The notes under the pieces are model-generated. The model searched no databases. It saw only the letters and a list, made by a program, of their open reading frames with translations, and was not told the DNA's origin. Both the position numbers and the translations under genes were made by a program. From NCBI GenBank assembly GCA_030390025.1, contig CM059438.1, positions 56,546,001 through 56,610,000 on the forward strand: a stretch of DNA of 64,000 nt. The letters are read 5' to 3'. Source of the DNA: Squalus acanthias. Taxonomy: Eukaryota. Every line of letters starts with the position of its first letter. Positions within the stretch are counted from its first letter, which is position 1. Shown piece after piece: positions 13,501 to 27,300 of this stretch.

Positions 13501-16500
13501 GAAAATCTATTAGAGGCAGTGTGTACCATTCAGCGTGTATATCTATTACAGGCAGATTATATCATTCAGTGTGAATATCTATTAGAGGCAGTGTGTACCA
13601 TTCAGCGTGTATATCTATTAGAGGCAGTGTATATCATTCAGTGTGCATATCTATTAGAGGCAGTGTGTACCATTCACTGTATATATCTATTAGAGGCAGT
13701 GTGTAGCATTCAATGTGTATATCTATTCGAGGCAGTGTGTGCCATTCAGTGTGTACATCTATTAGAGGCAGTGTGTATCATTCAGTGTGTACATCTATTA
13801 GAGGCAGTGTGTACCATTCAGTGTGTATATCTATTAGAGGCAGTGTGTACCATTCAATGTGTATATCTAATCGAGGCAGTGTGTACCATTCAGTGTGTAT
13901 ATCTATTAGAGGCAGTGTGTACCATTCAGTGTGTATATCTATTACAGGCAGTGTGTATCATTCAGTGTGTATATCTATTAGAGGCTGTGTGTCCCATTCA
14001 GTGTGTATATCTATTAGAGTCAGTGTGTACCATTCAGTGTGTATATCTATTAGAGGCAGTGTGTATCATTCAGTATGTATATCTATTAAAGGCAGAGTGT
14101 ATCATTCAGTGTGTATATCTATTTGAGGCAGTGTGTACCATTCAGTGTGTATATCTATTAGAGGCAGTGTGTACCATTCAGTGTGTATATCTATTAGAGG
14201 CAGTTTGTATCATTCAGTGTGTATATCTATTAGAGGTAGTGTGTACCATTCAGTGTGTATATCTATTAGAGGCAGTGTGTATCATTCAGTGTGTATATCT
14301 ATTAGAGCCAGTGTGTATCATTGAGTGTATATATATATTAAAGGCAGTGTGTACCATTCACTGTGTATATCTATTAGAGGCAGTGTGTATCATTCAGAGT
14401 GTAATACTATTAGTGGCAGTGTGTACCATTCACTGTGTATACCTATTAGAGGCAGTGTGTATCATTCAGTGTGTATATCTATTAGAGGCAGTGTGTATCA
14501 TTCAGTGTGTATATCTGTTAGAGGCAGTGTGTACCATTCAGTGTGTATATCTATTAGAGGCACTGTGTACCATTCGGTGGGTATATCTATTAGAGGCAGT
14601 GTGTATCATTCGGTGTGAATATCTATTCGAGACAGTGTGTACCATTCACTGTGTATATCTATTAGAGGCAGTGCGTATCATTCAGTGTGTATATCTATTA
14701 GAGGCAGTGTGTATCATTCAGTGTGAATATCTATTAGAGGCAGTGCGTAACATTCAGTGTGAATATCTATTAGAGGCAGTGTGTACCATTCAGTGTGTAT
14801 ATCTATTAGAGGCAGTGTACCATTCAGTGTGTATATCTATTAGAGGCAGTGTGTACCATTCACTGTGTATATCTATTAGAGGCAGTGTGTACAATTCACT
14901 GTGTATATCTATTAGAGGCAGTGTGTACCATTCAATGTGAATAACTATTTGAGGCAGTGTGTACCATTCAGTGTGTATATCTATTAGAGGCAGTGTGTAT
15001 ATTGAGTGTGTATATCTATTAGAGGCAGTTGGTATCATTCAGTGTGTATATCTATTAGAGGCAGTGTGTATCATTGAGGGTGTACATCTATTTGAGGCAG
15101 TGTGTACCATTCAGTGTGTATATCTATTAGAGGCAGTGTGTACCATTCAGTGTGTATATCTATTAGAGGCAGTGTGTATCATTCAGTGTGTATATCTATT
15201 AGAGGTAGTGTGTACCATTCAGTGTGTATATCTATTAGAGGCAATGTGTATCATTCAGTGTGTATATCTATTAGAGCCAGTGTGTATCATTGAGTGTATA
15301 TATATATTAGAGGCAGTGTGTACCATTCACTGTGTATATCTATTAGAGGCAGTGTGTATCATTCAGTGTGTAATACTATTAGTGGCAGTGTGTACCATTC
15401 ACTGTGAATACCTATTAGAGGCAGTGTGTATCATTCAGTGTGTATATCTATTAGAGGCAGTGTGTATCATTCGGTGTGTATATCTATTAGAGGCAGTGTG
15501 TACCATTCAGTGTGTATATCTGTTAGAGGCAGTGTGTACCATTCAGTGTGTATATCTATTAGAGGCACTGTGTACCATTCGGTGGGTATATCTATTAGAG
15601 GCAGTGTGTATCATTCGGTGTGAATATCTATTAGAGGCAGTGTGTACCATTCAGTGTGTTTATCTATTAGAGGCAGTGTGTATCATTCAGTGTGTATATC
15701 TATGAGAGGCAGTGTGTATCATTCAGTGTGAATATCTATTAGAGGCAGTGCGTAACATTCAGTGTGAATATCTATTAGAGGCAGTGTGTACCATTCAGTG
15801 TGTATATCTATTAGAGGCAGTGTGTACCATTCACTGTGTATATCTATTAGAGGCAGTGTGTACAATTCACTGTGTATATCTATTAGAGGCAGTGTGTACC
15901 ATTCAATGTGAATAACTATTTGAGGCAGTGTGTACCATTCACTGTGTATATCTATTAGAGGCAGTGTGTACCATTCAGTGTGTATATCTATTAGAGGCAG
16001 TGTGTACCATTCAGTGTGAATATCTATTAGAGGTAGTGTGTACCATTCACTGTGTATATCTATTAGAGGCAGTGTGTACCATTCAGTGTGTATATCTATT
16101 AGAGGCAGTGTGTATCATTCAGTGTGTACATCTATTAGAGGCAGTGTTGATCATTCAGTGTGTATATCTATTAGAAGTAGTGTGTACCATTCACTCTGTA
16201 TATCTATTAGAGCCAGTGTGTATCATTCAGTGTGTATATCTATTAGAGGCAGTGTGTATCATTCAGTGTGTATATCTATTAGAGACAGTGTGTATCATTC
16301 AGTGTGTATACCTATTAGAGGCAGTGTGTACCATTCACTGTGTTTATCTATTAGAGGCAGTGTGTACCATTCAATGTGTATATCTATTCGAGGCAGTGTG
16401 TACCATTCAGTGTATATATCTATTAGTGGCAGTGTGTATCATTCAGTGTGTATATCTATTACAGGCAGTGTGTACCATTCAGTGTATAAATCTATTAGAG

Positions 16501-19500
16501 GCAGTGTGTACCATTCAGTGTGTATATCTATTACAGACAGTGTGTACCATTCAGTGTATATATCTATTAGAGGCAGTGTGTTTCATTCAGTATGTATATC
16601 TATTAGAGGCAGTGTGTACCATTCAGTGTGTATATCTATTAGAGGCAGTGTGTACCATTCAGTGTGTATATCTTTTCGAGGCAGTGCGTATCATTCAGTG
16701 TGAAAATCTATTAGAGGCAGTGTGTACCATTCAGCGTGTATATCTATTACAGGCAGTGTATATCATTCAGTGTGAATATCTATCAGAGGCAGTGTGTACC
16801 ATTCAGCGTGTATATCTATTAGAGGCAGTGTATATCATTCAGTGTGAATATCTATTAGAGGCAGTGTGTACCATTCACTGTGTATATCTATTAGAGGCAG
16901 TGTGTAGCATTCAATGTGTATATCTATTCGAGGCAGTGTGTGCCATTCAGTGTGTACATCTATTAGAGGCAGTGTGTATCATTCAGTGTGTATATCTATT
17001 AGAGGCTGTGTGTAACATTCAGTGTGTACATCTATTAGAGGCAGTGTGTACCATTCAGTGTGTATATCTATTAGAGGCAGTGTGTACCATTCAATGTGTA
17101 TATCTAATCGAGGCAGTGTGTACCATTCAGTGTGTATATCTATTAGAGGCAGTGTGTACCATTCAGTGTGTATATCTGTTAGAGGCAGTGTGTATCATTC
17201 AGTGTGTATATCTATTAGAGGCTGTGTGTCCCATTCAGTGTGTATATCTATTAGAGTCAGTGTGTACCATTCAGTGTGTATATCTATTAGAGGCAGTGCG
17301 TACCATTCAGTGTGTATATCTATTAGAGGCAGTGTGTACCATTCACTGTGTATATCTATTAGATGCAGTGTGTATCATTCCGTGTGTACATCTATTCAAG
17401 GCAGTGTGTATCATTCAGTGTGTATATCTATTAGAGGCAGTGTGTACCATTCAGTGTGTATATTTATTAAAGGCAGAGTGTATCATTAAGTGTTTATATC
17501 TATTAGAGGCAGTGTGTATCATTCAGTGTGTATATCTATTAGAGGCAGTGTGTACCATTCAGTGTGTATATCTATTAGAGTCAGTGTGTACCATTCAGTG
17601 TGTATATCTATTAGAGGCAGTGTGTATCATTCAGTGTGTATATCTATTAGAGGCAGTGTGTACCATTCAGTGTGTATATCTATTAGAGGCAGTGTGTACC
17701 ATTCAGTGTGTATATCTATTAGAGGCAGTGTGTATATCTATTACAGGCAGTGTGTACCATTCAGTGTATATATCTATTAGTGGCAGTGTGTATCATTCCG
17801 TGTGTACATCTATTCAAGGCAGTGTGTATCATTCAGTGTGTATATCTATTAGAGGCAGTGTGTACCATTCAGTGTGTATATTTATTAAAGGCAGAGTGTA
17901 TCATTAAGTGTTTATATCTATTAGAGGCAGTGTGTATCATTCAGTGTGTATATCTGTTAGAGGCAGTGTGTATCATTCAGTGTGTATATCTATTAGAGGC
18001 TGTGTGTCCCATTCAGTGTGTATATCTATTAGAGTCAGTGTGTACCATTCAGTGTGTATATCTATTAGAGGCAGTGCGTACCATTCAGTGTGTATATCTA
18101 TTAGAGGCAGTGTGTACCATTCACTGTGTATATCTATTAGATGCAGTGTGTATCATTCCGTGTGTACATCTATTCAAGGCAGTGTGTATCATTCAGTGTG
18201 TATATCTATTAGAGGCAGTGTGTACCATTCAGTGTGTATATTTATTAAAGGCAGAGTGTATCATTAAGTGTTTATATCTATTAGAGGCAGTGTGTATCAT
18301 TCAGTGTGTATATCTATTAGAGGCAGTGTGTACCATTCAGTGTGTATATCTATTAGAGTCAGTGTGTACCATTCAGTGTGTATATCTATTAGAGGCAGTG
18401 TGTATCATTCAGTGTGTATATCTATTAGAGGCAGTGTGTACCATTCAGTGTGTATATCTATTAGAGGCAGTGTGTACCATTCAGTGTGTATATCTATTAG
18501 AGGCAGTGTGTATATCTATTACAGGCAGTGTGTACCATTCAGTGTATATATCTATTAGTGGCAGTGTGTATCATTCAGTGTGTATATCTATTAGAGGCAG
18601 TGTGTATATCTATTTGAGGCAGTGTGTACCATTAAGTGTATATATCTATTAGTGGCAGTGTGTATCATTCAGTGTGTATATCTATTACACGCAGTGTGTA
18701 CCATTCAATGTGTATATCTATTAGAGGTAATGTGTACCATTCAGTGTGAATATCTATTACAGGCAGTGTGTACCATTCAGTGTGTATATCTATTAGAGGC
18801 AGTGTGTACCATTCAGTGTGTATATCTATTAGAGGCAGTGTGTACCATTCACTGTGTATATCTATTAGATGCAGTGTGTATCATTCAGTGTGTACATCTA
18901 TTCAAGGCAGTGTGTATCATTCAGTGTGTATATCTATTAGAGGCAGTGTGTACCATTCAGTGTGTATATTTATTAAAGGCAGAGTGTATCATTAAGTGTG
19001 TATATCTGTTAGAGGCAGTGTGTATCATTCAGTGTGTATATCTATTAGAGGCAGTGTGTACCATTCAGCGTGTATATCTATTAGAGGCAGTGTGTACCAT
19101 TCAGTGTGTATATCTATTAGAGGCAGTGTGTACCATTAAGTGTGTATATCTATTAGAGGCACTGTGTATCATTCAGTGTGTATATCTATTAGAGGCAGTG
19201 TGTACCATTCAGTGTGTATATCTATTAGAGGCAGTGTGTACCATTCAGTGTGTATATCTATTAGAGGCAGTGTGTACCATTCAGTGTGTACATCTATTCA
19301 AGGCAGTGTGTATCATTCAGTGTGTATATCTATTAGAGGCAGTGTGTACCATTCAGTGTGTATATTTATTAAAGGCAGAGTGTATCATTAAGTGTGTATA
19401 TCTGTTAGAGGCAGTGTGTATCATTCAGTGTGTATATCTATTAGAGGCAGTGTGTACCATTCAGCGTGTATATCTATTAGAGGCAGTGTGTACCATTCAG

Positions 19501-19880
19501 TGTGTATGTCTATTAGAGGCAGTGTGTACCATTAAGTGTGTATATCTATTAGAGGCACTGTGTATCATTCAGTGTGTATATCTATTAGAGGCAGTGTGTA
19601 CCATTCAGTGTGTATATCTATTAGAGGCAGTGTGTACCATTCAGTGTGTATATCTATTAGAGGCAGTGTGTATATCTGTTAGAGGCAGTGTGTACCATTC
19701 AGTGTATATATCTATTAGTGGCAGTGTGTATCATTCAGTGTGTATATCTATTAGAGGCAGTGTGTACCATTCAGTGGGTATATCTATTAGAGGCAGTGTG
19801 TTTCATTCAGTGTGTATATCTATTAGAGGCAGTGTGTATCATTCAGTGGGTATATCTATTAGAGGCAGTGTTTTATCTAT

Positions 19881-22395
19881 TCATGTGCCCCAATTTGTCA
19901 TGGTCTGCTGTATTCTCCTCAACTTGATCATCATGACGGCACAGCCCTTGCCACCAGGGATACAGCCACCATCAGGAGCTGGAGGAGGCGGAAGCAGAAT
20001 GGCGGATTCAACCCAGACAGCCCTTTTGTTGCCGGGATCCAATATCGAATCATGTGGTACGACTGAACACAACCCCAATTCCCCTTTCAACATTAGTCCC
20101 ACACCTTACCTTCCCTCTGTTAGTGACCATCACAGAGTCATCTTGGTCACAATGCTGAAAGAAAAGCCACCACAAAGCAAACTTTCCAATCACACTTTTT
20201 CCATCTATCTATCCAATATTACAGCAAAAATTTAAGTCATCACCCTTGTGCATTTCTATTGTGACTATTTTGCGTGTTACTTTACCTATTCTAGTGCTCC
20301 TACGCAGTGCTACCCCAGTGGCTGCAGCATGGCTAGTGGAAGGCTGCTGACTTACTGTGGGGGAGACTGCAGATGGCCTTGCAGGCTGACCTCCAGGAGC
20401 TCTAGGCCTTGTAGGCCTGGCTTTAGACTGCACCACCTCAGTATGGGTGGCAGCAGTCTGGGCTGTCTGGCTGACAGGCAACAGCAAGGGCATTGGCGGA
20501 GTGGCAGGGTCGTCCTCCACGGATGCATTGCCACTCCCCAGTGGCAGCATCTCAACTGTCCTAGTAATCTGCTGGAGTACAGACTGCTGGACTGCTGTGA
20601 CACCCTGCAAGCCGCTTTCCACACTGGTAAACCCAGCCATGATGGCAGCGGTCTGAACTTGCGTGACTTCAGTCTGAGCTTCCATTGCAGCACTCAGACG
20701 TTGGGTGGCTTGTGTTTGAGCTGCAATGGAAGCTGAAACCTCAGCCATCAGACACGTCATGATGGTTGGGTCCACAAGTACGTTAATTGGTCTGCCCAGC
20801 CCTTCCATGCTTGAAAGGATGGGCTCCAAGCTCTGCCCAAAGCCCTTTGCATCGCTGGAGCTAGACTCCTCTCTGCTCCTTGACATTATATTCAGGCTAT
20901 CTGGCAGGCCTGCCAATGCACCAAGAATTTCATTGTGCATACCCATCAGCGTTATTCTATAGGCCGCCCCATTGAGGTCTTCATCTGAGTCCTGTGCAGC
21001 AGAACTTGTGTGCGACCTCGCCCTCCTGGCACCTGAGCTACCCTTTCCCCCTGCCCTGGCTGCAGGCCACTCGTGTCCGGTGTCTCACCACGTGCAGATC
21101 CCACGCCTATCCTATCTAAAATACGCAGAGTGTCAGTATCTGAGCTGGTGGCTGGGAGTGTGAAAGCGAGTGATGGTGTTTCTTCTTCTTCTTCACTCTC
21201 CTCTCCCTCTTGTTCGTCAACCACTGGGTGGGCAGGTTGCATTTCTTGGGTGTCTGAAATGAGAAAGACACAAGGGTAGGGTTGTGGTGAGGAGAGGGGG
21301 GAAGCAAGAGGTGCATGCTTACACCATGTGCAGATTGTAAATCAGAAGAAAATGTGAGATGAGGGGAAAGTGGGATGTGAGAAGGCGGATAACATATGAG
21401 GATACCGGCAACTTGTATTCCTTCAGCCCCGCCACCGGCCACCGGCTTAGCCATGCCCCTGCCAAGAATTGCCAGCACCGTCTCCTCCAAGGGGGTGAGG
21501 TGATGCAGGCAAGCCTGTCCCCCGCTGGTTAAGGTCTGCTGGCGCAGGGCTTTGCACCACCTTTTCCTGCAAGAGAAAGGGAAGTGTGTCAGTGTGTGTA
21601 GTGTAATGTGTTTAGGTGATGTAGTTGACATGCTTGAATAGCTGACAATGTGTTCAAGCTGTGAGCTGGAGGTGTGAGGCATGCAGCAGTGGTAAGTGCG
21701 TGCGGGTGAGGTGAAGCTATGAATGTGAGGTATGAGTCATGTTTTGTAGGAATTGTTGGTAGGTGAGTGATGGGAATCTGGTGCATTGAGCAGTTTGTGA
21801 GGCTAGTGGTGCAGATGCTGGGATATGGCATTTGAAGATGAATTCACTGACCTTGACCACGCGTGTGAGGTCATTAAACTTCTTCCTGCACTGAGTCCAG
21901 GTCCTCATGGCTATACTGCTGGCATTGACCACATTGGCTATCTGCACCCACTGCAGTCTAGTCTGTTGCCTGGAGGGCCTCCTGGCTCCCTGTAGGAAGA
22001 GGACCTCTCTCCTGGAGTTGGCCTCTTGGACCAATGCCTCCAGTGCTGCATCGGAGAATCTTGGAGCCTTTTCTCTGGCCTGTTGAGCCATTTCTCACTC
22101 TTCTTTTTCTGACAGTAGCCCCCAAAAGCACTTCCACCACCTGTTGCAGGCAGAAGGCACCTCCCCTTTAAGAGGTGCAGACTGCCTTTAAGTTGTCCGG
22201 GCTAGCTTTAATTGGAGCTAGCCTCGCATGAACTTGGGCCCCCTGCTGAGCGTTCCACCACTCAGCAGTGCGTTCAGCACTCGGCTGAATGCTGCAATCT
22301 TGCAAGCAGCGCAAATTTCACGTGCTCCGTATCGCAGGTTTGTATCGCAGCGTGATCCCCGTGCCCATTTTCAGGGGCTACTGTATTTCTAGGCC
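19881..22395. mobile_element. Left-truncated PIF/Harbinger DNA transposon (transposase 3' tip on +, Myb/SANT-like gene on -, right TIR)
   Basis: VPQFVMVCCILLNLIIM at ~19885-19935 resembles the Harbinger transposase C-terminus (cf. VSRMVVVCCALHKIV at ~49950). Convergent Myb/SANT gene. Terminus TATTTCTAGGCC at 22384-22395. Confidence 0.85.
20209..22091 (-). pseudogene. Harbinger-associated Myb/SANT-like (MSANTD/NAIF1-type) DNA-binding protein gene, frameshifted
   Basis: Exon 21852-22091 MAQQAREKAPRFSDAALEALVQE...W..IA..VNA..RTWTQCRKKFNDL. Further GT-AG exons at 21406-21566 and 21253 to ~20209 (acidic and low-complexity tail). Apparent frameshifts near 21550 and 21000. Confidence 0.82.
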
Positions 22396-22448
22396 AGTGT
22401 GCCTATCTATTGGAGGCTGTGTGAACCATTCAGTGAGAATATCTATTC
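22396..22448. repeat. Degenerate residual monomers of the 36-bp satellite
   Basis: AGTGTGCCTATCTATTGGAGGCTGTGTGAACCATTCAGTGAGAATATCTATT immediately after the Harbinger TIR. Confidence 0.85.
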
Positions 22449-22451
22449 ACA

Positions 22452-22845
22452 ACTCTCCAGAGACTTGAGCACAAAAATCTAGGCTGACACTCCAGTACAG
22501 TACTGAAAGAGTGCTGCCCTGTTGGAGGTGCCGTCTTTCGGATGAGATGTTAAACCGAGGCCCCGTCTGCTCTCTCAGGTGGACATAAAAGATCCCATGG
22601 CACTATTTCGAAGACAAGCAGGGGAGTTATCCCTGGTGTCCTGGCCAATATTTATCCCTCAATCAACATCACTAAAACAGATTATCTGGCCATCATCACA
22701 TTGCAGTTTGTGGGAGCTTGCTGTGCGCAAATTGGCTGCCGCATTTTCTACATTACAACAGTGACTACACTTCAAAAGTACTTCATTGGCTGTAAAGCGC
22801 TTTGGGACGTCCTGAAAGGCGCTATAGAAATGCAAGTCTTTCTTT
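22452..22845 (+). mobile_element. DeuSINE-family SINE (SacSINE1/AmnSINE1-like Deu domain)
   Basis: GTGCCGTCTTTCGGATGAGATGTTAAACCGAGG...AAAGATCCCATGGCACTATT...GGTGTCCTGGCCAATATTTATCCC core; tail GGCGCTATAGAAATGCAAGTC. Confidence 0.8.
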
Positions 22846-23449
22846 TTTTCTTTTATAACTATTAGGGGCTGTAATACCCTGTGCAAGTTGTAGGTAATCC
22901 CCATTCACTGACTGCCTCTCACATAAATTGTAGCCAGTTCTTGTTACTGACCTGACCTTCAATCTCAAAAACATCTGCAAGGCCTCCTCAGTACACCGAG
23001 CTGTGTGCAGTTGGTTGCGAGAGTTCAAGATTGTACTCCACAGCTCCACGATCTCAATTTGTGCTACTTACATTGATTAAGAGGCTTCTGGCTGGTCATT
23101 GATGAATTCCAATTGGCTACTCAGTTGTGCAGTTTGTGCTTCCCGAACAATGCGTCAAATGACAGGAGCAGACATTTACTCATTTCAGCGCCTTGGGACC
23201 TTTCACTATATTAAAGTCGCTATACAAATATAAGTTGTTGTTGTTGAATGCATGCTTGTCTATAATAGTAAATGATTAAGAGCTCGGACCGAAATTGATG
23301 TTCAAGAACTGTGGAGCTCCCCATATTCTGGGTCTCCGCACTGTGTGCTATCAGTATGTAAAGGCTTCAAAAACCAAATCAAACCTGTGCTCTGAAACAC
23401 ACACAAAGATCACAAGTGTTGGGCAGGGGGTGTCGGGTAGGAGAAAATG

Positions 23450-23885
23450 AAAGACAGACTTGCATTTCTATAGCGCCTTTCATGACCTCAGGACGTTCCA
23501 AACACTTTACAGCCAACGAAGTACTTTTTAAAGTGGAGTCACTGTTCTAATGCAGGAAACGTGGCAGCCAATTTGTGCACAGCAAGCTCCCACAAACAGC
23601 AACGTGTTAATGACCAAATAATCTGTTTTAGTGATGTTGATTTAGGAATAAATATTGGCCAGGACACCGGGGAGAACTCCCCTGCTCTTCTTCGAAATAG
23701 TGCCGTGGGATCTTTTACGTCCACCTGAGAGAGCAGATAGGACCTCGGTTTAACGTCTCATCTGAAAGACGGCACCTCCGACAGTGCGGGGCTCCCTCAG
23801 CACTGCACTGGAGTCTCAGCCTAGATTTATGTGCTCAAGTCTCTGGAGTCGGACTTGAACCCACAACCTCCTGACTCAGAGGCGA
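23450..23885 (-). mobile_element. DeuSINE-family SINE, inverted copy with tRNA-like head
   Basis: Reverse complement of the 22452 copy; includes the B-box-like GGGTTCAAGTCC. Confidence 0.8.
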
Positions 23886-24101
23886 GGAAATACCAGACAA
23901 GGCTAGTGCTGCCACCATCTGGCAGCCAGAATTGCAGGCTGTCCAGATCCACCCCCTACCTAGGCATCACAAGGCTAACATGGGCTGCCAAGTCATTCAG
24001 AACCAATATACAGCTGGTTATTTGCTGTGGGGGGACAGGTGAGTAAAGAGCTGTTGTCAGTGGCCATTCTGAAATGATGTTTGCTTTTGTCTCTGGTACA
24101 G

Positions 24102-24322
24102 ATATGGAGGGTACTCCCAGACATTCCCATTCCGTATTGGCAAGACTTACGGGAAGACTACCCATGATATCCTGAAGGATCCTAAAACCGGGAGAGCTGG
24201 CCAATCAATCCTGGCGCCAACAACCGAGCCTCCAGATGACTGTCTTCCGGAATACGAGGAATATTGTCCCCCTGATGTGTCGGACCAGATCCACCCACAG
24301 AAACTCGTTCCGGGCTACACCG
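24102..24322 (+). CDS. CIMIP2: CIMIP2-family exon (phase 2 to 1)
   Basis: tacag|A TAT GGA GGG...; YGGYSQTFPFRIGKTYGKTTHDILKDP...KLVPGYT G|gtgagt. Confidence 0.9.
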
Positions 24323-27300
24323 GTGAGTCACACCTGGCAGGAAACAGATCCGAAACGCAATCCAACGCTTTGTAACCAGTATCACAAGCAGGACTTGAAT
24401 ATGTTCTGTTTCCCAACATTCCCAGACAGCTTGTGCTTTGCCTTCCAGTTATTGAGCAATGACAACGATCACCACTGACACCACCTTCCCTCACTTTTAC
24501 AGGGTATGGGAGGGCTTCAAAACAAAGCAAAACTGGACTCCAGGGCGGGAGAGGGACGGGAGACGTTAAAATTTCAAAAATCTGAAACCCGACCCCAACC
24601 CTAGGTTCTAACGGAGGCTGGTTAGGGGGCGGGCGACTAACCTGCTGTCCACAGGCGGGTTAGTCATTTAAAGATTATAATGAGACTTAGAGCCTCAAAA
24701 TTAACCGCAGTTTTAAATTTAACGCCTGTGGGCTGAGTTTTCTAGGGCTCGGGATACCCGGCAGCTGGAGGGAAGCAAGAAGGGCTGGATCCAGCAGGTG
24801 AGTGCCTTTCCCTCACTGCTAGTGGGCCAGGAGGAGCAGGAGAGCTTCCCCCCACCGCCCCCGGGACCTCAAGCAAAGCTGCTTCCCCTCGCGATCGAAT
24901 CCCCCCGCGACCCACCTTCGCCCCCCCACCCCCGCCCCCACACCCCGCAATCCACCTTCACCCCCCGCGATCCACCTTCACCCCCCCACCCCCGCCCCCA
25001 CCCCCCGCGATCCACCTTCACCCCCCCCACCCCCGCACCCACCCCGGCCCCCACCCCCCGCGATCCACCTTCACCCCCGCACCCACCCCCCGCGATCCAC
25101 CTTCAGCCCCCCACCCCCGCACCCACCCCCGCCCCCACCCACCCGCAATCCACCTTCACCCCCCACCCCCCACAATCCACCTTCACCCCCCACCCCCCCG
25201 CCCCCATCCCCCACCCCCCACCCCCCGCCCCCACCCCCGCGGTCCACCTTCACCCCCCGCCCCCACCCCCATGATCCACCTTCACCCCTCACCCCCCGCT
25301 CCCACCCCCGCGATCCACCTTCACCCCCCACCCCCACCCCCGCGATCCACCTTCACCCCCCGCCCCCACCCCCGCAATCCACCTTCCCCCCCCCACCATC
25401 CACCTTCACCCCCCACCCCCACCATCCACCTTCACCCCCCACCCCCGCCCCCACCCCCCACCCCCCGACCCCACCCCCCACCCCCGCGATCCACCTTCAC
25501 CCCCCACCTTCACCCCCCACCCCCGCCCCCACCCCCCGACCCCACCCCCCACCCCCATCCCCACCCCCCGACCCCACCCCCCACCCCCATCCCCACCCCC
25601 CGACCCCACCCACCGCCCCCACCCCGCGACCCACCTTCACCCCCCCACCCCGCGACCCACCTTCACCCCCCCACCCCCACCCCCCCGCCCCCCACGACCC
25701 ACCTTCACCCCCCACCCCCGCGGCCCACCTTCACCCCCCCGCCCCTACCCCCCGCCCCCACCCCCGCGACCCACCTTCACCCCCCCACCCCGCGACCCAC
25801 CTTCACCCCCCCGCCCCTACCCCCCCGCCCCCACCCCGCGACCCACCTTCACCCCCTCACCCCCGCCCCCGCCCCCCGCCCCCACCCCCGCGACCCACCT
25901 TGACCTCCCCACCCCACGACCCACCTTCACCCCCTCACCCCCGCCCCCGCCCCCCGCCCCCACCCCCGCGACCCACCTTGACCTCCCCACCCCACGACCC
26001 ACCTTCACCCCCCCACCCCCACCCCCCGCCCCCCGCCCCCACCCCCGCGACCCACCTTCACCCCCCCACCCCGCGACCCACCTTCACCCCCCCACCCCGC
26101 GACCCACCTTCACCCCTCACCCCCGCCCCCGCCCCCACCCCCGCGACCCACCTTCACCCCCTCACCCCCGCCCCCGCCCCCCGCCCCCACCCCCGCGACC
26201 CACCTTCACCCCCCCACCCCCGCGACCCACCTTCACCCCCCACCCACCACGATCGACCCCCTGCGATCTCCTCTACGGCCCTCCACAATGTCCTGTCCGG
26301 CCTCCATGATCTCTCCCTCCCTCCGTTCCTTTCCGTTCCCCAGCTGTGGCCTAGTGCCGCAGGCCTTCCGGCCTGACAGCCAACCAGCCTCTCAATTCAG
26401 CTGGCTGCAGCCAGGAGACAAAGTCAAAAAATGTAAATGAGCTCCTACCGTTAAATTAGGCAGGACCTCCATAAAATCCATGTTTCCGGGTTTTCTGGCC
26501 GCTACGACCTCCATCCCCCCAACCCCCATCAAATCCTTTAATCATCTTAAACACCTCAATTAGATCACCCTTTAATCTTCTGTACTCAAGTGGCTACAAG
26601 CCTAGTCTATGCAACCTGTCCTCATAATTTAGCCATTTTAGCCCCGGTATCATTCTGGTGAATCTGCGCTGCTCCCCCTCCAAGGCCAGTATCTCCTTCC
26701 TGAGGTGCGGGGCCCAGAACTGAACACAGTGTCCAGATGGGGTCTGACCAGAGCCTTATACAACTGTAACATAACTTCCACCCTTTGTATTCCAGCTGCC
26801 TTGAGATGATGGCCAACATGCCACATCCCAGAGGACTGGGTTAGAGTGGTGACTCTCGCAATCTTCTCATCTCTCACTGTCTTTATTCATCAGGCTACAT
26901 CCCTCAAAAGTTATTCAACTATGGTGGAAGCTACTACAAGGAGACCCTTGAGTCTGGACTGGACTTTCGGAGACGGCAAATGGAATACGCGCAGAAACTT
27001 AAAGAGCCCGTGCTCATTACCTATCGGGATGGAAGAAGAAAGGTACAAACTGTAGGACGCCGAGGGGAACAGGATGGTTATCACCCTCACCTACATCGGC
27101 AGCTGCACACATGCATGGGGTGGGTAGGAGGAGCTTAGACACTGACCTTTAACCATTAACATACGGCACAACGTGTTTTCAACCCAATGGGATTATTATT
27201 TAATTATGAGGAGTAAGGAGGGACATGGGTTCAATTCCAGCCCAGACTGATGGGAAGAATGAGTTTGGGCAATCGCAGCCGACTTCCTAGTGGGCAAAGG

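Larger units (their letters stand above)
1..19880. repeat. 36-bp tandem satellite, consensus GTGTGTAYCATTCAGTGTGTATATCTATTAGAGGCA (14+22-bp subunits); open at the left edge of the window
   Basis: Continuous head-to-tail monomers read directly. The long CTIQCVYLLEAV / YHSVCISIRGSV ORFs are its 12-codon translation. Interrupted only by four MITE copies. Confidence 0.98.

Noticed and set aside
1..19880. CRISPR array (36-bp periodicity)
   Set aside because: Monomers are contiguous with no unique spacers, there are no cas genes and the context is eukaryotic. It is satellite DNA.
21..20235. Long Cys-rich repeat proteins (CTIQCVYLLEAV)n, up to 772 aa, including an in-frame fusion to the transposase tip
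   Set aside because: A 36-bp unit lacking stops in two frames produces these automatically. Frames switch at indels, and there are no splice or promoter signals.
24001..24044. CAG|GTGAGT at 24039 as the donor of CIMIP2 exon 1
   Set aside because: It would give a 63-nt intron and an upstream peptide lacking the expected ..PG motif. Not supported, though not excluded as a minor site.
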